The notes beneath the pieces are model-generated. The model did no database searches. It was given only the letters and a program-made list of their open reading frames with translations, and was not told the DNA's origin. DNA of 64,000 nucleotides from Octopus bimaculoides (Eukaryota), in the NCBI RefSeq assembly GCF_001194135.2, contig NC_068984.1, positions 107,194,067 to 107,258,066 on the forward strand, given 5' to 3'. Positions within the stretch are counted from its first letter, which is position 1, and each line of letters starts with the position of its first letter. Shown piece by piece: positions 12,451-25,431 of this stretch. The position numbers were made by a program, and so were the translations under genes.

Positions 12451-12839
12451 CTTCCTTGTAATCCAGGTGCGAGGTTTACTGGTTAGGGTCTTTCACTCAT
12501 GATCGTAAGATTGTGATTTCGATTCCTGGACTGGACGATACGTTGTATTTTTAAACAAAACGATTCGTTTCATGTCGCTCTAGTCCACTCAACTGGCAAA
12601 AAGCGAATAATCCTTCGATGTACAGGAATTTAGTCTAGGCTGGAGAATATATACGCTACAGAATCCGAGTAATGAACTTTGCGGGCCTATGGGTTTGGAA
12701 ACACCTTTAGTATATTATTTAAGCATATCTTTTTCTTTTCGCTTGTCATTGCATTGTTGCCAGGCTTCGGTACAGTCTTGACAGGTTTAGCCCAACAAAG
12801 CAACACTTGTTGCCCATTTTGTACTGCTGTTACTAATTG

Positions 12840-13145
12840 TGTCTGTCTCTTTTGCCGAATTGTTTATTTATGGGAACGTAAAGAAACTGAAAGAAGCTCG
12901 CCTTATATGCATGTGTGTGTCTTTGTGTCTGTGTTTTTCCCCCAACACCGCCAGACAATCGTTGCTGGTGCGTTTACGTCTCCATAACTTAGTGTTTCGG
13001 CAAAAGAGACCGATAGAATAAGTACCAGGTTTAAAAAGAAAATAAGTACTAGGGGCGATTAGTTCGACTAAAATTCTCTCAAGACGGTGCCGCGGCATGA
13101 CCGCAGTTTAATGACTGAAACAAGTAATATATAAAAGATATAAGA
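12840..13145 (+). mobile_element. SINE family 2, 3' part (internal microsatellite, AAACAAGTAAAAGA tail)
   Basis: Matches the copies at 26755, 36151, 30510(-), 38812(-), 52370(-) and 56715(-). Confidence 0.75.
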
Positions 13146-13889
13146 TAAAGAAAAATATGTAAACGCACACAAACACACACACACATACACGCACATACAT
13201 ACATACATACATACATACATACATACATACATACATACATACATACATACATACGTACGTACGTACCTACATGATGGCTGCAAATTCGAGTTCGAGTAAT
13301 GCTATCTCCGGATCGAAAGTCCTACACATGTAAAGGCTACGACCAGTCATTTTTGTGCTAGGTCTTACTTTTTTTCAAGCAATGCCAGTGCATGATGATT
13401 TTTCTATAGTGAGGAAAGGATGTGCACGAATCTAATCCCACTCTTTGAACATGGACAACATAAATTCGAAAAGAAGAACTAGTCTACATCATCAAACATT
13501 GTCAGTGTCGCAAATTTTCTCTCAGAGTTTCCCCTCTCCTAGAGAGATGTTGTAACGACAAGACAGGATCCTCTCACTTCCAGTGGGATAACCGCACGCC
13601 TGGACAACAACCCAGGTATTTCGAAGTCCCCGCGCATACATACATGCATACATGCATACATACACATATACAAATATTGCTGAATGGCCGTTCACTGCTC
13701 ATGAGCACTGCCACTCTTTGATAGGTGTTCTCGACCTCTGTGGAATTTGAACTCAGAATGCAAAGACGGACGAAATGCCACAACACATATTGCGCGGCAT
13801 TCTAACGATTCTGTCAACTCGGCCCATGAATTTTAACCCTAATTTAGTGGGTTCATAAGCAATGCGTTCAAAGGTAGTTAAGAAGTTTT

Positions 13890-14112
13890 GTTGACGAGGT
13901 TTCCAAGAATCGAAACTCATATACCACCTTTCTCTCTTTTTCTGTCCATGCACATATTTATATTTGCCGTTGGCGCAGGCTTGGCTATATGTCAAACAAT
14001 CACCCTCCTCACCAAGCAATCCTGGTGGGGTTGCCAGTTTAGTCGCCGACAACCCGACCATGCGACAGGTCATACTGGGTAACATGTTACCAGTAGCGCC
14101 CAAGAGCGTTCT
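13890..14112 (-). repeat. Interspersed hairpin-rich repeat, copy 1 of 3
   Basis: Shares GCTACTGGTAACATGT...GACTAAACTGGCAACCCCACCAAGCTTGCTTGGTGAGGAGG with 19770-19965 and 23500-23715. Confidence 0.7.
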
Positions 14113-14178
14113 GACATTCGCACATGCATACATACATACATACATACATATATGCATGCATGTATGTATGTATGTATG

Positions 14179-14211
<33 letters not shown>

Positions 14212-14791
14212 TTGTATGTGTATATGTATGTACGTACGTGTGTATGTATGTATGTATGTATGTATGTATCTCATGAAAGCGAATATTTAAAAAATTGAAT
14301 GTTCATCCCTCTCGCAAGTAGTTTTGGCAATAGAATCATTTATTGACCATTTACGTCTCTGAGCACGGGTTCGGCAAATCGATTATAATCCAATACCAAA
14401 CTTAAAGTGTTAAAGAATATAATTCTCTTGATGTTATCTCACTTTACTCTCAGTTCTAATTTTATTTATTGTCGTCCATGAGTCTTGCACTTTAAGATTG
14501 TTATAATAATATTCGGTCAAAGGACTCGGTCAAATAAGTGTTTAGTCAAAATAGTGACAAGTTGAAATGCCGGAAACACTGGGATATCATTCAGGATAAT
14601 TTCTTACTTTTGGTGTTCTGAGCAAACGATAAATCGTTTAACAGTGATGCTGTTTTAATATCCGGAATCCAATGGTAACTGACAATTCTTTACTTGCCTT
14701 AGGCTCTTCATAGACAGAGCATTTTAAAAAGAATATGTGTATACATCTACATACGTGTAAGCGTTTGTCTGTGTATGTGTATGTGTAAATA

Positions 14792-14843
<52 letters not shown>

Positions 14844-14876
14844 CGTTTGTGTATGCAAACAAACATATATAGGAGG

Positions 14877-14943
<67 letters not shown>

Positions 14944-15754
14944 ATTATAGATATATATTCACTTCTTTTAATATCTATCTTCCCGAAGAACGAAGAAAAA
15001 CTTAAGCTCAAACATCAAAGACACTTCCACGTAATTAATCTCTCACTGAGTGTTAAACTAATAATTACGTCTTGCTTTTACGTTGCCTTCTGTGTTCTTA
15101 CAGTCTTAATGAATTCTTAAACTATACATGCACACACACATGCACACACACACACACGACTAACATAATGCGAGATCAGTATAGGTAAACTGTAAGTCCA
15201 TATCCGTACGTTTGATAAATTTGCGTTCAACATTACTGTTTACACCAAAGGGATGTCTGTGCGAGACGAACCGAAGAACAGCTAGTCTAGTTTCGGTTGA
15301 TTACCACCGTCTTATGAAGATTGTCTCCCGGTTTTCGATCTAAAGTCAGAGGTGGTTAGCAGCTTCGTGTGACTTAGGAAAAACATACACAACAAGTTTA
15401 AAATGCTGATTTTTGTCACTACTCGTATATCACATTCGCTGGAAGCGCGAATTAAATATTTTCAGAACTAACCCTTGTATACTTGCGAGTGTGTTTGAGT
15501 TTGTGTGTGTGTTCAAGGCAAACCTTAGAAATCAAGGATGAACAGAAAGCCTCCTGATTTTTATGGCTCCAGCATGATCGCAGTCAAATGACTGAAACAA
15601 CAAAAAGATTAAAAGAATAAGAAATTATATCACTGTAGCACTGTTTTGGATGTTGCTATATACCACTGGTCATATTGCACTACTAATTCTTTCTTGATTA
15701 CACTCTTAATTTTCAATCTGGGCTCAAATCGTTTAACTAAATTGTCTTCCGAGA

Positions 15755-15960
15755 CATGGTCGCTAAAATCTCGAGGAGAATAAGAGCAAGATTGAAGGCG
15801 TTTACCTCAATAAAAGTCGTAATCAAAGAAAGTTGAACAAGACCATACGTAATAGTCTCTTCAATAGTACCGTCCTGCCTGCGCTCTTATACATAGGTGA
15901 GTCGTGAGCTACTAAGGAAAAGGGGAATATCAATTAGTTACGATCAAAGGACCGTGGAAA
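15755..15960 (+). mobile_element. RTE LINE fragment
   Basis: ISRRIRAR..AF and LFNSTVLPALLY.GES*A motifs. Confidence 0.5.
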
Positions 15961-15964
15961 GATT

Positions 15965-18900
15965 CATTTAACCACTTCTTGTACCTACACCTTAGATTCA
16001 TTATGGCGTCTGTTGTGGCTTTTTAAACCAGACAATGTATTGAAAAGACACCCACATAAATCGCATATCCGATTTGGACCACCAAGAGCTGCAGTTAATT
16101 TCTGATCTTTGTGGATCTTAAAATGTCTTTTGAGACCTCCATTAGATTTACAGACCTTATGGCTTATATGGCATTGAAAGTTGTTCACAGATATATAGGC
16201 AAAATATATATAGGTGGAAGTTCGTTTTTCACGGGTCCGCAAATGAGATTTGAGCTCAGCAAAAGAAAGGCATGGTCTGTCACAAACTGTGCACACAAAA
16301 ACGTCATTGGGATTCGCCTTCTCGATCGCAACATTCTTCTTTAAATCTCTTTTGAGTCTTGTATGTATTATCCTGGTCTCTTCAAACTCTTTCACTCCAC
16401 TCCACACTTTTATTCACCATCCAGCTCGATCCGAAGCAAGGGTTTCCATGTCCTCCGGATCCATTCCAAGTGACTTATTCCGTCCTTTAACCTCTTTTTT
16501 AGGTTTACACCGATAGCGTTTCTCCTTTGCAAGCTCACCATAAAACATGTTGGGTGTGCGTTCATCCGCCACTCGAACAATATGGCCAGACTATCTCATT
16601 TGGTTTTTGAGAAGTGGATTTTGAGCTTTAATTGAAGTAATGCCGGCAGACGCAAGGACATCTGTATTTGGTGTAAAAACAAATTCCATTTAATGCTTAA
16701 AATACAATGAAGGCATTTTTGATGGAATTGTTCTAACAATTTGAAATGTCTTTCATAACACGTCTGGTAAGAGCCAATTTTGTGTTGTTATTTATGTTGT
16801 TGGCACCGAACACGTGACTCCAAACTATCAAATGCTTATGCTGCTCTTTGAATTCGCAGATGTATTTCTGTGTCCAGATTTCCATCATTTTGTACAGAGC
16901 TTCCAAGGTAGATGAAAGAATACAACCTGAGTCAAATGCAGATACAAGAGATTGCAGGCCTGTTTCAGAGTGATTAATCAGATCACAATCGTCAGCGTAT
17001 AAGAGTTTCCTAATGAGCGAAGTAAAAACCTTTGCTTTGAATTTCAGTCTGATCAGATTAAAAACCCTCCCTGTTGTTCGATATTTTATATAAATACCCT
17101 TCAAGGAGTTTTTAAAAGCGTCTGACAGCACAACAGCAAAGTATATCGCAAAGAGGGTGAGTGCATCAAGGTCTCCCTACTTTACTCCATTTTCTACGAC
17201 AAAAGATTCAGAGAGCCTACCACCAAAATTAACTCTAGCTTTCATATCTTGATGCAAAGCCTTGATCATGTTTACAAATTTTCCTTAGAATTAGCCACAG
17301 AGCATTTCGATTAACGGTATTGAATGCTATGCTCAAATCAACAAAGCAATGGCATAGGGCAAGATTCTATTCAATGCAATTTTCCTGCAACTCTCTGATA
17401 CCAACGATACAGTCAACTGTGCTCCTGGAGGAGCGAAAACCACATTGATACTCAGAATCCCATATTTGGAACTATGAAGATATTTAAACTGTTAAATATT
17501 GCAGGCAAGTACCTCTCCAACTACAGACAAAAGCGAAATCCCACGAAAATTACCACACAGATCCTTTGGCCCCGATTTATACAGGGAGACTAAAATGGCA
17601 TCAATCCAGTCTTGAAGCACTTTTTCAGTTCTCCAACAGTAACAGGTTAATATATTTAAGAGTTCAAACATTTTGTCACTGCCATATTTCAAGACCTCTG
17701 CATAGATTCCATCGGACCCTGGACACTTATTATTATTCGGCTTATTCACTGCTAAATAAATGCCATACAGAGTTGGTTCAAATGCCATCCCCTCTATAAC
17801 TGGGAGGTGTTCAATTTTTCTATAATCCTCATGTCAGCAGATGATGGTCTCTTCAAAAGTGCAGAAAAATGTTCTACCCAGCACTTATAAATAGAAGCGG
17901 TGTCAGTCAGAAGCAAATGCCCATTTGCTGTTCTCACTAGACCTATTGGAGAAGATTCTAGGCCGTATACCTCCTTAACATAAGAGTACAAACCCTTTGT
18001 GTCATTTCTATCACCTGCTTCTTGCGCCCCTTTTGCACTATCATGCCACCATTTCTGTTTAATCTTCCTTAGAGCAGTTAGCACTTTCCCTTTCAGCTTC
18101 CTGTAAGCTTCGTTTGAGTTGGGGTTCAAGTACTGAGAACGAAGTGTATTGCGTAAGTTTTGTTTTTCTACAAGTAAATCATGAATTTCTGGTGATTTCT
18201 CTAAAGACCAGTTACTGGACTTACGTGATTTAAATCCCACTAATGAACTTGCAGATTGAAATACTTTTGTTTTGAAATCTTCCCATAGATTGTTTGGGTC
18301 AAGATTGATACTTTCTATAGCTTCGTGGAATCTTTGCAAGTTGCTTAGTAATTTGAAGTTTGCAACATTTCACTTTTTCGGTACCTTAGGACCAGACTGT
18401 CAACTTTTAGGCATTATCGAAAAAAAATCTTTTCCACGCACTAGACGATGGCCAGTCCAGCTCTCTGCTCCTCTCATGGCCCGAACGCTTGAAGCATCTT
18501 TCATATCACGCTTTCTGATCAAAATATAACCTATGAGACACCAGATCTTAGATTTTGGGTGCATCCAGGTGGTTTTATATTTATTTTTCTGCTTAAACAG
18601 AGTGTTGGTAACAACCAGATTATTCTCGGTACAAAACGTCAAAAGAACTACTCTATTTTTATTACATTTTCCAATCCCATGTCGGCCTATAACAGGCTAT
18701 GAAATGTAGCCATTTCCAACTCTTGCGTTGCAATCTCCCAGTATGACCAGCTTGTCAAAAATTATTACTTTTCTCAATAATTGTAATAGATCATCATAAA
18801 ACTGCCCTACAGTTTCGTCCGAATAAGACATTGTTGGTGCATAAATACTGACAACGGTAAGGAACCTAGCTTTTGTCAGTTTTATACGGCATGACATGGT

Positions 18901-19640
18901 TCTTTCAGATATACCACTTGGAAATTCTGCAATGGAAGATACTAATGATTTCTTGAGAGCAAACCCAACACCAGATTCTCTACGCTGACCTTCAGGTAGG
19001 TCTCTCCAGAAGATAGTATATAGATTCTTTTATCTGACCCGCACCAGAGAGATGAGATTCAGAGAGCGCAACTATATCAAGAGAATATTTTTAAGCTCAC
19101 ATGCAATAAGTGCAGTACGCCTTTCTGGCCTCTTATTGAAATGATCAAGAAGTGTGCGCACATTCCAACAGCCAAAATTCAGAGGATGTTTATTTTTACT
19201 TCTTCTTGAAGATTGTTTGTCCACAGTGGCAGGATGGCCCAGCTTGTGGCATACTGGACACCTGCTGAGCCACACCTGTTCCCCTGGCGTTCCCAAGCCA
19301 TTTTTGCCATTTACTGAATCTGTTTGGGACATTTTACAAGTGCATTTTTAGGTTTCTGCCAACCAATTCAATGCTTTTACTAAGATTTGGTGTACAAGAA
19401 GTACCTGTGCAGATGAATAATTTTCAGTGGGTGTAAATTGCACTGCACTACCTCCACTTATTGGCCCAAGAAGATTTTCGCCGGTATGACATGAAAATTG
19501 TAAAAACCTGGAACTTCCAGAGCCTTAGATTTTATTTTGGAGATTTCCTTCTTCTAGGCAGATTACCAACCAAGGTAAAAGAGCTTCTACATGCCTATGA
19601 GGTAAGCTATCTCGTACCAGACACCAAACCAACACCCAAA
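15965..19640 (-). mobile_element. Near full-length RTE-clade LINE (APE endonuclease + RT + C-terminal C2H2 zinc fingers), inactivated by frameshifts
   Basis: APE motifs PLNFGCWNVRTLLD, SIYAPT, VILGDCNARVG and KYKTTWMHPKSK. RT motifs KCPGSDGI, NFRGISLLS and LLYADD. Three Cx2Cx12Hx3H-like units at the C-terminus. The 5'UTR carries a CTAGAAGAAGGAAA RTE-type motif. Confidence 0.9.
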
Positions 19641-19769
19641 CGCTCCATAAAGTGATCAAATATCATTCAGTTATCCGACACTGAATGATATATATAAAGT
19701 AAAAATACACATATATATATATATAAGAATATATATTTCAAAAATGATACATACATATTTACACATATT

Positions 19770-19965
19770 TGTTGAATGGCCGTTGACTGTTTATGAGTTT
19801 CTCCGCCCTTTCACGGATCTTGATTTTCGTCCCGCAGAGTGTCCAACAATCACCCTCCTCACTAAGCAAGCCTTGTTGGGTTGCCAGTTTAGTCGCCGAT
19901 GATCCGACCAATACAACAGGTTGTACTAGATTACATGTTACCAGTAGCACTCAAGAGTGACCTGA
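19770..19965 (-). repeat. Interspersed hairpin-rich repeat, copy 2 of 3
   Basis: See 13890-14112. Confidence 0.7.
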
Positions 19966-19973
19966 CATATATA

Positions 19974-21213
19974 TTAGGTTGTTTGACATGAAATGCCGCA
20001 TTTTTAATTGTTATTTCAGTCATTCATTTAAAAACTCAATTATGTATTCCTTGCATTTGATCTTGACTCTTTTTCTTTCCCAACAATATTGGTACACAAA
20101 TTCGTACCCACAGACCTTATGAAAATGATAACAGCCAAACTATGTTGAGTGATTCTCTCATATGAGTATAAACTGGATCACTCTGCCGCAGAAGCTCTAC
20201 AGAATATCAAGCGGGCCTTTGGTAATGGTTTTGTTGACATCAGAACTGTTCAGAGATGGTTCCAAAGCTCTCGTTCAGGAAATGATAGCCTTGAAAATAA
20301 ACCAAGGGGTAGGCCAAATCAGTTATTTGGCATGATGAATTAAATGCTTTGGGTGAACAAAATCCGAGAACAAAAGGTTCGAAAACTTTCATCAGAACTC
20401 CAAACATCTCGCACTACTGTTGTTGAACACCTGTAAAAAATTGGAAAAGTCAAGAAAACAGATAGGTTTGTTCCACATCAACTGAACGAGATTCAAAAAG
20501 CAGACGCCTCGAAGTGTGCTCCTTATTGATTTCTTGACTGGAAAAAAACCATTTTTGCATCAAATCATTACTTGTGATGAGAAATGGATACTCTTTGACA
20601 ACAGCAGAAGAACAGGATAGTAGTTAGATGCAGGAGAGTCACCTAAACACTACCCAAACCTATGATTGCACCCTAAAACGTTAATGGTCACTGTAAGGTG
20701 GTCTGCGAAGGAAGTTATTCATTATTCATTTTTGCAACAAGAAAAAATGGTAGCAGCAACATCGTATTGCCAGGAAATCGATTGTATGCATGAGAATTTG
20801 AATAAGAAGCAACTCAGACTAGTGAATAGAGATGGCCCAGTTTTGCTCCAAGACAATGCATGTCCTCACACTCCTCAAGCTACGGTCCAAAAGTTGCAAA
20901 GCCTGAATTATGACATTTTGCAACATCATTCCTATTCCCCTGATATCTCTCCCGCTGATCATCACTTATTTAAGCATTTTGAGCTTTTCATAAGCAATAA
21001 AACATTCTTTAATAGAGAAGAGGTAATTGAAGTATTCGGACAGTTTATCACAACAAAAGATGAATTTTGTTTTAAAGATGGAATATATGACATATAGAAA
21101 CGTTGGGTAAATGTCATAAATGAACATAGATCATACTTTGATTAAATAAATCAGTTCTCTAACACTTTTTATTGTTACCTTTCAAATACGACATTTCATG
21201 TGAAACAACCTAA
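19974..21213 (+). mobile_element. Full-length mariner (DD34D) DNA transposon, transposase pseudogene
   Basis: TIRs TTAGGTTGTTTGACATGAAATG / CATTTCATGTGAAACAACCTAA with TA on both sides. Motifs WILFDN, HPKTLMVTVRWS and QDN-(34 aa)-D (YSPDISPAD). Several stops and frameshifts. Confidence 0.95.
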
Positions 21214-21332
21214 TATATATATAACAAATTTAAAAGGATGGCTTATTAGCAATTAGAACCTAATGGCAATATTAACAGAGGTCACTAGAGTGACAGAGGG
21301 TACGGACAAGCACTGCTTTTGCTAAAAATAAG

Positions 21333-21571
21333 AGTTAAAATAACTCAAAAGCCACAAAAGTACTGTCTTAAAGACTAACAAAGCGTACTTAACGCCTAGA
21401 GTTAAACTCAGCTTCCTCTGTCAGAGGAAGTTAAGTTTAACCCTAGGCGTTAAGAGTCGCTGATGAGGATTAATATGGTCTGCATCAAAATACGAAATCG
21501 CGACCCGACTATGTACGCCGGGGACTTACATCCCTTTGTCAGTGCTTTTGTGGTTTTTGAGCTGTTTTAAC

Positions 21572-21572
<1 letters not shown>
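21333..21572. mobile_element. Foldback element, probable inverted Penelope-like pseudo-LTR pair
   Basis: Outer 33-bp inverted repeats (21333-21365 / 21540-21572) and an inner 33-bp palindrome (21388-21420 / 21422-21454, 1-nt loop). The right arm contains a hammerhead motif that the left arm lacks. Confidence 0.65.
21455..21510 (+). ncRNA. Type I minimal hammerhead ribozyme motif (Penelope-type)
   Basis: Stem I AGTCG/CGACT, core CTGATGA (21460-21466), stem II G...C, GAAA (21494-21497), self-complementary stem III ATCGCGA(C) and C17. U16.1 appears mutated to C. Confidence 0.65.
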
Positions 21573-21619
<47 letters not shown>

Positions 21620-22274
21620 AACGAAGTAAATCCCCGCCACCTCCCGCTAACAATTTAAACAAGAATGCATTTTGCACCAAAAGCCAATTTGAGAGTTTCT
21701 CTCGTAGTAATTACTGCAATATAGTTTACTCTACCAGAACATCCACGTTTAAGTGGAGATAAACATTATCTCTCGGTATTAGTACTGCCTCTGTCGCCAA
21801 TAAATATTTTTAACAAGCTCACGAGCTTTTATATCCTGATGTTGGATATACAATTTAACGAAGCAAGGGGGAAAGAAAGTATTTACACGGCGCAATACGA
21901 TTACTATTACACGAGATTCAACGCACTCAGTCAACGGCTCACGGTGAATTGCTTCCTCATGAATTGATCACAGTAGTTTACTATATAACAATGAGTCAGT
22001 CTCCACATTTTAGAATTAGTCTCAAAGTTTTAATATCTCTTACGCTTAGGGTTCAATTCCAGTGTTTTTGTTCTTTTCCGTTTTCGGGTGCCAGAACGTG
22101 TAGTTCCAAATTGTTTGGGTGTTGGTATCTCAACCTTGTCGTACAATACTTCTATGAAAATTTCATTTCTCGTGACTGTTTTTTTTTTTCCGTGAATCTA
22201 TTTTAAGTTGATTAATATGTCATTTATGTTCGACATTTTTCTCCTTTTAACCGGAATAACATTCTTCTAATTTG

Positions 22275-23400
22275 TTAATTATCACACCGTCCTCCCAGCT
22301 TCAACAACGAATTCGCAAGCGTAACCAGCATCGGACCAAACGAGGGTCGGTCCAGCAGTTGGCACCACGCATAACTCTGGTGATTTCCACATCCTGCACG
22401 CAGGGAAGCGCAGAAGGCATCTTTGTCCTCTTCGGCTGATGTGAGAGTTGGTGCATAAGCGCTAAAGCAGTGTAGCCGAACGGCCATGAGTTAGTGGAAT
22501 GCGCATCGTCATGAGCCATTCACTGATGCCAACTGATGACTCAGTTAGCGATGGGACCAAAGCTGATCTGACAGCAAAAGCAATGCCATGCATGCGGGGG
22601 GTGGGTGGCAGCAGGGTGACCTTCCCAAAAGAAAGTGTATCCTCGCCTACCTCAAGGAAGCGAGTTTCACTGAGGGAAGCAACGTCGATGTTGTAGCGTT
22701 GGAGTTCCGCCGCAACAAGAGCAGTGGGGCGATTGGGACGGAAGGTGTTGGTGCCATCCAGTAAAGTGCGGACATTCCAGGTTGCAACATTCAGAGGTTG
22801 AATTTACCGCATTTGAAAGTCATTCCGACGGACGCGGTTATCCATCCATATCAGGTGTGTGAGCAGGTGTTTTTTAGACCACATTTTCTAGGCCCCTCCC
22901 CCATCTTGGGGTGAGCAGCGCATCCCTAAACAAGGCTGCTCAGTCATCTCAGTAGGAGTGAGAGTCTCGGCTGCTCATCTGGGAAGCAAGTGACCATCTT
23001 GCTATGACCGCCTGCGTGCAAGCGCAGAACTAAGGGCTTCCAGCCAGCCTAAGCCTGCCCCTGCCATTCGGCACTCATCACTACAGGACTTCAAAACATA
23101 ATCGTAGATGATGTAGGAAATGATTGCACTAGGAGGTTTATAGTGGAGAAACGGTTGCACAATCCGTGACCCACTAACTTAGTACTGCATGGAGTTATCC
23201 AATAGCATGGAGTAAAACCAAGACGACTGACTCCATACATCGCTGCAACATCATGCCGCAGACCCTGAGTCTAGGGAAGCGTCGATGTGTTGATGTCACA
23301 CGGATTTTAGATTGGTGTTATCATCACCTAAGGAATATGCCGGTTTGTACTTCCCCGTCTTGAATGGTTTTATGTTCGAAGTTGTCCTTCTCCTAGTCCT
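22275..23400 (-). mobile_element. RTE LINE 5' fragment (5'UTR + internally deleted APE domain)
   Basis: LNVATWNVRTLLD, ELQRYNIDVASLSETR, AYAPTL and ITRVMRGANCWTDPRLVR. CTAGGAGAAGGACAACT motif in the 5'UTR. Confidence 0.8.
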
Positions 23401-23499
23401 AACATGTGCTACCACTCCAGACCAGGGCGGACCTGAAAGCAATGAAAAATTAAGAGGTAGCTCCACTTTCCTCAAGGCAAAGCCCATTGTCATCGGATA

Positions 23500-23715
23500 C
23501 AGTTTCAGATCTTGTCCAGGATCATTTGTTGGATGGCCGTTGACTGGTCATGTGTTCCTGCGCCTTTGACGGGTCTTATTTTTCATCCTGCAGGGAGTCC
23601 AACATACGCCCTCCTCACCAAGCAAGCTTGGTGGGGTTGCCAGTTTAGTCGTCGACGACAAGACCATGCAATAGGTTATACTGGATTACATGTTACCAGT
23701 AGCACTGAAGAGCGA
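23500..23715 (-). repeat. Interspersed hairpin-rich repeat, copy 3 of 3
   Basis: See 13890-14112. The CACCAAGC-AA-GCTTGGTG hairpin is perfect in this copy. Confidence 0.7.
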
Positions 23716-23719
23716 TCCG

Positions 23720-23754
<35 letters not shown>

Positions 23755-23876
23755 TACATACATATGCGTGTGTGTATATACACACACACACATATATANN
23801 NNNNNNNNNNNNNNNNNNNNNNNNNNNNNNNNNNNNNNNNNNNNNNNNNNNNNNNNNNNNNNNNNNNNNNNNNNNN

Positions 23877-23907
<31 letters not shown>

Positions 23908-24379
23908 AAAAATGGTTAGACATTTCTGTGCAGGCTGGATTATATATACAAAAAAAACGGGTGAAAATGCACAACATTGAGAGAATTATTGTAAACTTTT
24001 TAGACAAATTAAAAAGACAAAAATAAGTGTAATATTTCATTTATTATATATAACTAGTTTCATCCGTTCAGGTGTGGTTTTATCAGATGAAAATAGTAGA
24101 GTGGTTGTAATATATATGACTAAACTTTTGTAGCTGCTTAGAAACTAAGGTATCATGTTTATAGACAAAGAACGAAACCTAGGTTGGGATTCCCGTCGTT
24201 TAAAGAGGGAATTCAGCTGTTGTATTAACAAAGTTACCTGTTCTTGTTTATACCTGTTCTTACCTGTTCTTGTTTATAGAATGTTCAGCAAATTTCTGAA
24301 CATTTCAAAAACGCGTGTACTATTAATGTAATTCTCAGATAAAATCAGAGTGACACATTGTATGATAAAAAAAATTATT

Positions 24380-24845
24380 GTATCTTTTGGATATATATAA
24401 TCCAACCAGCGGGTTTCTGTACAGTTGCTGTCTACCAAATGAAAGGATTGGTGACAGGCAACTTCATCTCTGGCCTCGGTTTGGTGAGATTTTTCACCTT
24501 TTACCTGAAAAGGAAAGTGGGGCTGGAGAGGAGATGCCTATCAGAGAGAATGCACAAAAGACAGATGGGCACGTGTGGCATGAATGTTGTGTGTGTAAGA
24601 CGCTTCGTGAACATGCCATAGGTCTTACCAAAAGGTGTCGGTAGTGGAACAGGGCTCGTGGAGTCGAAAATAAAACCTGTTCCCCTGGCCCATTTTATGT
24701 TTGTTACTATGTTTTGTAAATTGTTTTATCATTCGCATTATCATCTGATTTCATTATCAATTTTTAAACCCATTTTGTATGCCTGACCCCAAATCAGGCT
24801 GTACTGTCCCTTCTATGTTGGCCCTGTGTGGGCAATAAAGAAACA
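24380..24845 (+). mobile_element. LINE 3' remnant, possibly L1/Tx1-like
   Basis: FFTFYLKRKVGLERRCLS resembles Tx1-type ORF2 ends. It is followed by a T-rich UTR ending in GGCAATAAAGAAA. Confidence 0.4.
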
Positions 24846-25383
24846 AGTTACTGTCTACCAAATTTCATTCACAAGATATGAGCTAAAAAGGCTATACAAA
24901 ATATTTGTCAAAGACGCCATGCAATAGGATCGAACCCGGAATCCAGGTCTAATCATACTGCACCAAATATACACACACAGGGACACACACACCCACACAC
25001 ACGCACATACATACACACTCACACACATACATACACACACTCACACACACACACACTCTTACTTGTTTCAGTCATTTGACTGCAGACATGTTGGATCACC
25101 GCCTTGAAAGTTTTTTTTTTTAGTCGAACAAATCGACCCCACTACTTTAATTCGTAAATTAGCCTTACTTAATGTTTTTTCTAAAAAGGTGTGCTTTTTC
25201 GCCGCCATGTTCAACGAACATAACACTCAGGTATTTTTTGTTGTCATACAAAGTGTTGGCCTTATTTATCTTATTACTGGTCCTTTCCGTAGTGTTCCAG
25301 GATTTACTCCTCTACAGCGGGCAGACCCCCTTAGCACCATTCTCCATGATGGCATTGTACTTAGTCCTGGCTCCTTTGTATAC

Positions 25384-25431
<48 letters not shown>

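Noticed and set aside
19540-19640. HDV-like ribozyme at the RTE 5' end (also tried on the 13890/19770/23500 repeat)
   Set aside because: I could not build the nested P1/P2/P3/P1.1 pseudoknot with a UCC-type L3 loop; only simple hairpins form.
25169-25208. Minus-strand AACATGGCGGCG start with a GTAAGG donor (MAAKKHTFLEKTL)
   Set aside because: An isolated short motif squeezed between repeats, with no supporting downstream exon; compatible with chance.
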